From NCBI RefSeq assembly GCF_030144855.1, contig NC_082731.1:25358001-25422000 (forward strand): a stretch of 64,000 nt of DNA, written 5' to 3'. The notes under the pieces were generated by a model. The model was not told where the DNA came from. It saw only the letters and a list, made by a program, of their open reading frames with translations, and searched no databases. Below, piece by piece: positions 54,231 through 64,000 of this stretch. Positions within the stretch are counted from its first letter, which is position 1. Each line of letters starts with the position of its first letter. Source of the stretch: Hypanus sabinus. Taxonomy: Eukaryota. Both the position numbers and the translations under genes were made by a program.

Positions 54231-55319
54231 ATTAGCCATATAAAATTGTTATTCATAGTGTATAGGGTCGAGGTACTTCCTCTAAAAGCAACCACACAAC
54301 TTCCATAGCGCCAACTTATGCTGGCAGTTTAGTGAGAGGTCGAGAGCAACATAAATGCTAAAGAGAGGGAAAATAATAAAGCAAAAACACTGTTAAGTTA
54401 CAGCATTAGAATGCAGTGCTTTTTATAATTAAGTGCTTACCTATAGATTGGAGAAATCAAACATGCACGAGAGCACAGCACTTGTTTTTTAATTCAGAAA
54501 AGGACCATCGAGCTGCTGTTTTCTGCCACTTTACTTTTCTTGCTCTTTCATTTGAACTATTCGTTTCGGCCTTCATAATTATCATATTGCATCGGAACGC
54601 ATACTTGAGGGATAGCATTTTGTCTTTCCGTTGGGGTAGTTGCAGCCTGCAGGTCTCAACATTCTACTTTACAAATTGAACAGGTTAGTTGTTGTGTTTT
54701 TTTTTTTTTTTCCACGGCAGTTATTCAGTTCTGGTAACAGTTGACAATGTTCAGAACTTTCTCTGATTTGTTTACTTTCTGCTTTTTCCTGGAATTTAAC
54801 ACAGGGTTATCCACTCCTGACATAAACTTGCCTCCCTTATTTGCTATTCATGGTTCAATTAATTTAGCGCTGTATTCTCACTCTACAACTACTCCTATTC
54901 ATTCATTAAGTAGATAACCTTTATTACATCTTACACTTACGGTCAGCTACATGTCTGAAAAAAAACCCTTCTGCCCGTTGATGAACAATTTCCTATAACA
55001 CCCTTCGCAATTCTGACGCTGAGACCCCGACACCTATCTCTGCTACTCTTCCCTCAGTTGCAGTTTACCATTCTCATATTTAGAGTGTTTTACTTTTTAC
55101 TATCCTACATGATAACGTGTAGTTGGTCAACGGCTGACCCGATAAACAACCTACCAGTTAACATAACTGAACTAAAATCTGATTCGTAACTCATAAAAAG
55201 AAGGTAGGACGACCATGCGTCTGCCCGCATTGTGGAATCAGCTGAAGGACACAGTTAGCATTTTTTATTTTCTTGCTTTCGCATATTGGATGAGATTCTC
55301 GGCCTCACACATAAAGTTA

Positions 55320-55660
55320 ATCATGACAACAGAACGCCCTCGCTTTTATTTTCTTAGGTTAAGGAAGTTCAACTTCCCAACGACGATTCTAACTCTAACT
55401 TCCACAAATGTACTATCGAAATCATCGGAACCGTTGCACCATGGTCTGTTCCAACAATTCAAAAGAGCAAACATATAAGGAGCTGCAGTTGAGTGCATTC
55501 TGCCCAATGCACGACGGACACTTTCCTCCCCAAAATTGTTTGTAGCTAGAAAAGAATGTAGTGTAGTTTAAATAAGGCAGCATCTATCAAAAATGATCCA
55601 CACGAACACTGAGACCTGGCATCCATCATGTTATCCGTTTGTTGGAATTATTTCAATGGC
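55320..55660 (+). mobile_element. Rex1/Babar 3' fragment
   Basis: RFYFLRLRKFNFPTTIL motif followed by a degenerate Rex1 tail. Confidence 0.6.
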
Positions 55661-55734
55661 CACTCTAGGCCCTGAAAAACTGCTTAGCTGCGGAACTTGA
55701 GTGTTTTCGGTGTTCAACAAATACTTTTAGAAAC

Positions 55735-56070
55735 GCAGAAGGTCGAAAACTCACAGCACAATACAGGCCCTTCCGCCCACAATACTGTGCACAACATGCG
55801 CTTATTTTGGAAATTACTCAGGGTTCCACATAGCCGTCCATTGTTTTAAGCTCCATCCAGAAGTCTCTCAAGAGACCCAGTTGTATCCGCCTCTACCACA
55901 GTCGTCAGCAGCCCATTCCAAGCACCATTTACTCTCTCTGTTAAAAAAAAAAACTTACCCTTGACATCCGCTCTGGATCGATTTCCAAGGATCTTAAAAC
56001 CGTGCCCTCTCGTGTTAGCCACGTCAGCCAGGGGGAAAAAAGCCTCTGACTGTTCACACGTTCAATGCCT
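55735..56070 (-). mobile_element. CR1 3' end
   Basis: CAGCACAATACAGGCCCTTCCGCCCAC...GCCCTCTCGTGTTAGCCA is the reverse complement of a CR1 3' UTR. Confidence 0.7.
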
Positions 56071-57803
56071 CGCCTTGCTTAACTCTTAAATAATTTTAAG
56101 ACCATTACCGTGTTTACTTTTTTTTACTCTATATTTAATTATCTATACCTTGTGTTATGCCTTTTAATCTTGTTCGAGGGCAGACCAATGTAAGCTGTTC
56201 TGAGGACCAAACCTAACTTATATTGCAGCCCTGAATTTACGAAGTCATAATTGGCACAGCAGCAATGCAAATCAAGTGCTTGGTCTCCAAGTTTGTGAGT
56301 CGTCAGAATTTTACAACGTCGAGGACTGGAGTCACAGTAGCTCCTCATGGAGAGATCGAAGTTTGGACTCCAGAGTACGGTGGTATAGAAGAGTTTGGTG
56401 AACATGCAACCGATGCATATCACCCATTGTTTTGTGACAATGTTTCGAAGATCCATTGTCGCTAGTCTTTCAGCATTTTGCTGTCGTTGCCGAGTCTATC
56501 TGCAGCACAATGAAGGAATGTTGTTTTGCTTTATATCTCGCACCCCAAATGACTAATCTAAAGATGCAAATGCCACCATTTCGTTAAAAGTACTGTTGAA
56601 ACAATCAGACTGAATTATTGAGTGAATATCACAGGACTCGTCCAGGTCCTCTAATGACCGGGAGGACGCTTCAGCCGTACTGTCGTTGTCAATTTTTCAT
56701 TTGAGTTCCTGCCCTCATTGTTTCCCGAATCTATGATGACGGAACTTTAAACTTCATAATGGAGTCAAAAACTCAACTACTAGTCCAGCACCCGGACGAA
56801 CTGCGCGGTTCACCAACATTCTGATCAAAGGAGATCCTCTTTATTGTATTAAAACGTCATTCTTCAAAGTCTTAGTTGACTGAATGTCTATCTGAATAAA
56901 TTAGTTACGAAATAGTGGTTGTATTTAACTGATTTTTGCTTGGCAGCGCGCTACATATTTCAACATTTCCTAATGCAAATAAGCAGTCTTTTGATCCGTT
57001 TCACTCGCCGTAATCTGAGCAGATATTTTTGCCTCCGATACAACTGTCAAAATCTTTCTAAATATCAAGGGTATGTCAATGGCGTTAAAATGGAAATTAA
57101 GTCCAGAGCTCCTTTGGATATTATTTAAGAGTCGAAAGAGACATATTTAATTAACTTTTCATTTAATAATGGAAATGTAACAGATAGAATTTGCTTTGAG
57201 TTAAGTAATTATGATCTTGCAAGAAAGTCAATTTTCTAATGCAATGGCACTCGCCACATCGGCCAGCCTGACTGATGATTCAGAATTGAATAGCACCTCA
57301 CCATCATTTCATCGTGACCTGAGCCTGGGTGCAGGACCCGGGTGTTTGATCGCACAGAAATATGAACAATCCTTTGACCTTCTTAATGTTTTAGATTTTC
57401 AGACCCATTTCCGACTGTCACTTGCAATGATATGCTATGTGGTGAAAACTACCTAATATGGTAGGCTATTAATATATTTCAAAAACCAATTCACAATAGA
57501 ACCAATTATTACTCGTTTTAATCACATCAAATCTAAAATATCTTAAAGGTCATGAGACATACACATAGTTCAATGTAAGTGAATTTTGTTTTTCGATATT
57601 GTGTTTGCAAGAACTGAATTCAGGAACGGCACATATGCGGAATAATAACAAACTAAATTCACCTTTCCATATTCGATTTAGCGTACATCCACAATGCAGT
57701 CGAGAACTGAATATAACTCACAATCAATCAATAATGCTAAATAAACTATTAACATTACAATCTAAGATAAAATTCTTGTCAGTTTTGCACACAATTATGC
57801 CCA

Positions 57804-58710
57804 TTATTTGACAGATTTGCGAATGAATTGGTACAAATATCTAACTGCATTCTTCAACTGTAACCTGAACTTATTCTGAGTCCCTACATATATACAAGAG
57901 TTAGTACATGAACTGAGAAGCTCCAACATGTAACCGCTTTCTTGGAGAATGAACCTTGGGTCTCTGATGTTCGAACTATTCGGATAATAGTTTTCTGTAA
58001 TTTTCAAAAATAGAAAATTTACAAGATAGGTGAAACGCAACAGGATGAAACTGCCCGAGACTGCCATCAGCAAAATGATGGATCTTCTCCTGCTTTCCAT
58101 TTCGGCGTCATTTTGTGATGCTCCAGGGCCGTAAGTCCGGAGCCTCTTACGTGCTCTGCTGGCCACTATAATGTGTCTGATCGTTAGAACATTCAGTACC
58201 AGTATCAAGAGAAAGGAAATGCATGGGTTCAGCATACGGCGTGTCCATTCATAAACTCTCCATCCTACTAAAATGTAATAGTCTTCTCTTATAGCGCAAT
58301 ACCAGGGCACGTTATCAGCCACATACATGGGCTCAAGAAGAAAGTAAGTAGAGACGTTTATCAAACAGCCCAGTAAGCAAACTATTCCTATAACTGTAGT
58401 AGCTGTTTTTTCAGAGCAGTATTTTACTTTCAGTTGTTGGGAGCAAATGGATATGAACCGGTCTAAGGTGAACGCGACCGTGAACCAGACCGAAGTGTCT
58501 TTGGAAACCCCGCTGAAAACGATAATCAAACTACATGCCGGCGTTGTGGACAGGACACTAACGGGGAAGAAAATAGCCCGAAGCGACTTAGTATTACCGA
58601 AGTGACAATGACAAAGAAATCCGCAATCGCCATGGACACCAGGTAAAGTGTGACGCATTTCGAGAGGCCGCACCTTCCTTGAGATAGTATCACGATTGTC
58701 ACCAAATTCG
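57804..58710 (-). pseudogene. GPR139-like GPCR paralogue 3, exon 2 (1-bp deletion between 58583 and 58584)
   Basis: Acceptor (CT)n-CATAG ending at 58711. The native frame reads ANLVTIVILSQGRCGLSKCVTLYLVSMAIADF...ILSR, then CGA is reduced to CG and the rest (LRAIFFPVSVLSTTPAC...LDRF...NSCIY...RKSVK*) continues in another frame. The exon is 907 bp versus 908 bp in paralogue 1. Confidence 0.87.
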
Positions 58711-58714
<4 letters not shown>

Positions 58715-58781
<67 letters not shown>

Positions 58782-58810
58782 GGATGGGGGGAAGGAGGGG
58801 AGAGAGAGAG
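58715..58810. repeat. (GA)n microsatellite and purine tract forming the polypyrimidine tract of the paralogue 3 acceptor
   Basis: About 29 perfect GA units at 58715-58773, then a G/A-rich run to ~58810. Confidence 0.95.
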
Positions 58811-60005
58811 AATTCACTCGTTTAGTATCATACAGAAATGAAAATAATATTATTACATTTACGGAATGTCTTAATTGTAAAGCAAAACAGCAGTTGCAAA
58901 AATAACAATTAATAAGTTGTACAAGGAAAGCAAAAAATATGTTAACTGTAGAAATAACAATTTCTTTGTAACAAGCAAACAAAATCAGGGTTGGAGAAAA
59001 TACACCCGAGCAAGTAAAATTGATTAGGTTTGTGATCAGTGGAAGCATGTTCGCGGGATATAATGTTTCAATGCACTAATCAGTCTAAGGGGGAGCTTCG
59101 GAGAAGACATCACAAACAAATGGAAACAACTAAAACCTCGTGATGTTCGTCTTGTGATCTTTCTCGAGAAAATACGGTTGGTTCTTAACTGCATCCAATT
59201 ATGCCAGCGAATTAAAATCTGCAAAGCAGATAGCCATATGTTTGAAGTTTTCTTTTTACGTTACAATAAGTTAGTCAGCATTAATAACAGAATTAATATG
59301 AATATGACTATATAACCGCAGAAGAAATCACAGTCGAGTCTCTATAATGCCAAGACTTCATTATGCACTGCACTAATTAAATCCACGGTATTTGACGAAA
59401 TCAACGTTTGGCAAACTGTTTTTTTTTATTTTTAGTGACGCCTTCATTGTTGCAGTGGATGGATGAGATAAACATACATTTACGATAAATTATTAGATGT
59501 TCATTCAAAAATGCAGTGGATAAAGGAGATGTTAATTCGCATTACAATAACAATAATAAATATAAATAATTGGTTAGGTAGCACCCATTGAAAGGGTCTC
59601 CATCCCAATTTACCATACTGAGAGTTGATTTGGTATTAGTAAAAAGCCGCATGCAGAAGATGCAACTCTGTAAGTGGATAAGCTAAAAGAAACTGACGTA
59701 AGCTGTTTGATTCATTTCATATGTCAGGGATCGTGGTATTATTAGAACACAGCTGCTGCAAAAACCAATCAGAAGCAGGAAATCCTGCAATGCTATATTC
59801 CTGTCCAATATTCACACGCAGAACAATACTTCACATCAAGAGTCTGTGTTGTAAATACAGGCACAGGTTGAGCCTTCATGGGATGAAATTATAGAATAAT
59901 ATATTATTCCATTTACAAAACAGAAACAGTGGGAATTTGGCGCAAGACATGATGCAAGACTTCAAAAAAATTACACACATACACACACAAGCTGTTGTAT
60001 TTTAC

Positions 60006-60075
60006 CTGGAACACCAAAGGCTGCGAGAATCGTATAATAGATGGCAAAAACCGGCGCATTTCCTGGCGCATGCAT
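60006..60075 (-). pseudogene. GPR139-like GPCR paralogue 3, exon 1
   Basis: 70 bp encoding MHAPGNAPVFAIYYTILAAFGVP+G with a GTAAAA donor. Confidence 0.85.
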
Positions 60076-60938
60076 ATTCTATGTACACGGTCTGTAAGTG
60101 GAAACTTGGAAGAAATCACTGAAGCACGTTTACTTAAACTCCTAGTAAACCTCTGGAGGGGTAATTTAGTTTCTATCATTAAAGTTGCTAGTTGCAACAT
60201 ATGCAACACTTTCACGTTTAATTTGTTTAATCCAGTGGGATTATAGGAACGTGAATGTACATTATTTTGATGCGAGTGGGAAAAAAATGTTATACGAATA
60301 AGCTTCTCAGCGGTGTTAAGCAAATATAAGCGAATAGCGCTACAATATTTTGATGGTTATTAATAAAGATAAACCTGGACGGGGAATGGTGCATAATTGG
60401 GAATTGCAACGGACAGAAGTTTGGAGCTATTGCTATTAACCAAGGATTGATATGCCGTATGACAGTGGATAATAGCATATTAATTAAACACAATTTTAAT
60501 GTTAATTTGAATTAGGAAACGTCATGCACCAGGGCTGAAAAAAAAAAAACAAACAAGAGAATCTTGATCGTTTCTCAATGGAACTTCACTCAGTTTATTA
60601 ACTGAGGCAAGATGGAAGATTGGGAGGGCAGGGATGAATTTGTATCCCCTAAGTCTCAGGTTAGGCCCAAGAGGACAGAAAGAATCCTGTGTAGAATGGC
60701 TAATTATTAGCCTTGAATGTGACCAATGCATTGATGTAATCGTGGATAGAGAGAAAAAGAAAATTGTCTAAATGTACAGCAGTGTATGGATCAGTTGCAC
60801 GTATAAGTGGCAGTTCAGAAATTAACTTCAATACAGAAAAGTTGTACTGTAGGAGGTAAAATATATAGAGAATTCATATGGTAAACCAGATGACGGTAAA
60901 GAAAACAAGTCCTAAATATCCCAGTGGCGAAGTTGATA

Positions 60939-61640
60939 TGTAACCCCCGGGGTCGCTTCAGGCTCGCTCAGCTCGTTCTCGTCGAGGGGCAGCAGCCTTC
61001 GGCCCCGCCGAACTGGGTATTCAGCTGGTGTGGATGCTGTGTGATGTCCCCGCCTCGCCCAAAAACAGACAGTACACCATAAGCGATTAAATGAGTACAA
61101 TTTATAAAGTTTACTACAACTAAGTGATTAATAACGATACAGTATATATGAAGAAAAAAAAAGAAGAACAGGCGCCAAAATTATCAAAGTCCAAACCACT
61201 TCGTGCACAACCGTTGGAGCTCAATTACTGACGTCTTCTGGTCACCAATCAATCCCCTCCGAACTCCTCGACTCGAAGCTCAGGACCCTCCGAAGTGGTC
61301 AACCAAGAACATATAGCTTCTTCCCCTCTCCTCGGAGTAACTCCTGGCCTCGAACCCCCGCTTGGGGTCCGTTCCTCGCCCAGCTTACAGCTTAACGTCG
61401 TCTCTCTCACACCCTCGGGCCGATCTCCCCCAAAGCCCGGCAACAATAGCTTACAGACTCAGAAGAAAGAACAACATTAATCCCAATTGGTTTACAAAGG
61501 AATACAATTGTCGTTATCAGTAAATTTTAACCCAAACAAGCTTACAGCAACAAAGAAGCATTCCTGCTTTTAATAAAACAAAGAAGCCATTTTGATTACA
61601 TACACGGTAACAAAGAAAAAAGAGGAAACCCCCGTTATAC
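60939..61640. mobile_element. Solo LTR inserted ~860 bp upstream of GPCR paralogue 3
   Basis: GC-rich block starting TGTAACCCCCGGGG and ending CCCCCGTTATA(CA), a near inverted terminus. Flanks GATA / CATA are an imperfect TSD. Confidence 0.65.
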
Positions 61641-62611
61641 ATAAGATAACTGAAAGTGACAATAGCAATAGAAGGCATATGGCATTCACCGATCGGGATA
61701 ATATATTTCAATATTAAGAGACCATGCTGCAACTGTCTTGCAATTTCATATTCAATTCTAGCTGGCTAATATTAAAATGGTGTACTGGCTTTGTAAAGAA
61801 TGCAGACGAGATTCGCCAGGATTTTAATGTTACTAACAGAAGCACCTACCTACGTTATGAATTTTATCTTTCCAGCAAGATTGCCATAACTTATTTGGCG
61901 CATCATATCATTATATCACGTGAAGAAAATTGCTGCCAGGGATTTGAGCAAAATTCTAAATAAAATTATTTTGAAGGTTCATATACCTCAGCATATAAAA
62001 ACCTGAGCATCGTGTTCTTGTACATTAAAACCAGGAAACACAATAGATTCAATGAAATTGCGCCCCCAACAGGATGGAGAAAAATAACCGTCGGGAAGGG
62101 ACAAAAAGAAGGTAATAATATTTATAATAACATGTTTCAACAAAAGACTTGTGCTGTGAAATAAACAAAGCACATCATACCGTACTATAAATACAAATCA
62201 GACTGCTTTACAGTTAGGGACATGCAAGTTATATTGTAACGAACTTTACTAAGGAAAAACATTACATAATAATCATCTAAATATAATATTACAGGATAAG
62301 CATGAAAGAACAACTTACTTCATTGACATCGCCTTTCTAACCACACATATAGAAATCAGTTAGTGGAAGAACATCAGAAATATGATGAAATTGAAGAGAA
62401 AAATGAAAGACTGTGCCACGGAACAGTGTATATATTATTATAAGAGTAATATCACAGCAGGAATCGTCCGAATGTTACTATAAAATATTTTTACACAATA
62501 AAGCGTGCATGGTATAAAATATTCAACTATTCAAGATGCCACAGTGCTAAATACCATTGAATAGTCTATAATACATCAGAAATTATAAAACATATATATA
62601 AACAGGACCAG

Positions 62612-63770
62612 TAAAGCCTTTCACAAAGTCCCGCATGGAAAGTTATTTGGGAAGATCCAGTCGCTAGGTACACATGGCGAGACAGTAATTTCAATGAGTC
62701 TTTGGCTCAATGGGGGAAGCCAGAGAGTTGCCGCGGAGGTCTGTGACTAGTGGTGTGCCACAGGAATCAGTGCTGTGTCGTTTGTTATTTATCATCAATA
62801 TGTATGAACTGGATGATAATGTGGTGAATTGAAGCAGCAAATCTGCTAATGATACAAAGATTGGAGGTGAAGTGGACAGTGAGGAAGGTTTTGAAAGCTT
62901 GCAGAAGGATTTGGGTCAGCTGGAAAAATACGGTGACAAATGGCAGAGGGAGTTAAATGCAGGCAAGTTTGTGGTTTTGCACTTCGTAAGGACATCAAGG
63001 CAGAACAAGCAAGGTAAATGGTAGGACAGTGAGGAGTGTAGTAGAACAGAAGGATGCGGGAATTGAATGCAGATACATAATTCCCTAAAAGTGGCATCAC
63101 AGGTAGATAGGGTCGTACAGAAAGTTTTTTGGCATATTAGCCTTTCTAAATCAAAGTACTGAGCATAAGAGTTATAATGTTATAATGAGGTTTTATAAGA
63201 CATTGGTGAGGCCTAATTTGGAGTATTGTCTGCAATTTCTGTCACCTTATTAAAGGAAGGAGATTGATATGGTTAAAAGAGTACAGAAAAAGTTTACAAG
63301 CATGTTGCCGGGACTTCAAAAACTCAGTTACAGAGAAACGTTGAATAGGTTAGGACTTTATTCTTTGGTGCGTAGATGAATGAGGGGAGGATTGATAGAG
63401 GTGTATAAAATTATGTTGTGTACACATAAAGTGAATGCAAGAAGACTTTTTTTCCCACTGAGGCTAGGGTAGAAACAAAATCAGAGGACATGGTTTAAGG
63501 GTGAAAAGGGAGACGTTTAATGGGAACATTAGCGGGAGCTTCTTCACACAGAGAGTAGTGGGAGTGTGGAATAAGCTACCGCATGAAGTGGTGGATGCAG
63601 GTTTATTTTTATCATCTGAGAAAAACCTTGGGCGGATACATGGATTAGAGGGGTATGGAGTGGTATGGTCAAGGTATGTCAGTGGGACTAGGCAGAAAAA
63701 TGGTTCGGCACAGAGAAGAAGGGCCAAAAAGCCTTTTTTATGTGTGTAATATTCTATGGTTTTATCGTTC
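62612..63770 (+). mobile_element. CR1 LINE, 5'-truncated
   Basis: KAFHKVPHG, GVPQESVL, ANDTKIGG and KRETFNGNISGSFFTQRVVGVWNKLP motifs followed by the 3' UTR. Confidence 0.88.
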
Positions 63771-63825
63771 TATCATACCTAAGCTTCTATCAGCTAAGCT
63801 AAGAAAAACGGTAATGAACAAATAA

Positions 63826-63965
63826 ACAGATAGACAGTTAGAAGGATAGATAGATAGATAGATAGACAGACAGATAGATAGGCAGACAGTTATGTAAATA
63901 AATACATGCAGAATAATTAAATAAATATATAAACAAATAGATAGTCGGATAGATAGGTAGATAAA
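63826..63965. repeat. (TAGA/CAGA)n simple repeat
   Basis: Imperfect GATA/GACA tetranucleotide runs. Confidence 0.85.
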
Positions 63966-64000
63966 TAATTAAACATCGAGCACATAGATGAACAGTCCTC

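Noticed and set aside
57804-59048. The 414-aa ORF as the true gene model
   Set aside because: Its N-terminal part is intron, microsatellite and off-frame exon. The real structure is exon 1 at 60006-60075 plus exon 2 from 58710, as in the paralogues. Kept only as a speculative finding.
21587-62546. Isolated CACAGTG heptamers at 21587, 28191 and 62540
   Set aside because: No nonamer at 12 or 23 bp and no adjacent V or D coding sequence.
1-64000. CRISPR arrays, rRNA genes or prokaryotic-type systems; remaining short ORFs as genes
   Set aside because: The DNA is spliced, repeat-rich vertebrate sequence with no spaced direct-repeat array or rRNA motif. The other ORFs are transposon remnants, antisense shadows of the GPCRs or unrecognisable noise.

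Overview
Vertebrate genomic DNA, most likely from a cartilaginous fish (inferred from the V-gene style, the two-exon GPR139-like receptors and the repeat families), with three short N gaps. Genes: (1) one apparently functional T-cell receptor alpha/delta-type V segment on + (leader 197-239, V exon 1512-1821, 23-bp-spacer RSS 1822-1860). (2) Three minus-strand, two-exon class A GPCR paralogues of the GPR139-like type: one intact (19648-21949, 332 aa), one with a single nonsense codon (8389-10851) and one with a single 1-bp frameshift (57804-60075). (3) A tRNA-Thr(CGT) gene (51129-51200). The first two GPCRs lie in a diverged ~11 kb tandem duplication whose ends fall in or next to CR1 LINEs. The rest is mostly decayed mobile DNA: CR1, Rex1/Babar, Penelope, L1, Gypsy/LTR, piggyBac, Tc1 and a SINE. 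Most worth following up: the GPCR array and tRNA directly 3' of a rearranging TCR V gene, Arg at the TM6 toggle-Trp position in all three receptors, two independent inactivating lesions five codons apart, and a microhomology-bounded template-switch rearrangement at 38.7-39.2 kb. Nothing here establishes a wholly new biological system; the TCR V / orphan GPCR array arrangement is the best candidate. Repeat boundaries were set by eye and are approximate.
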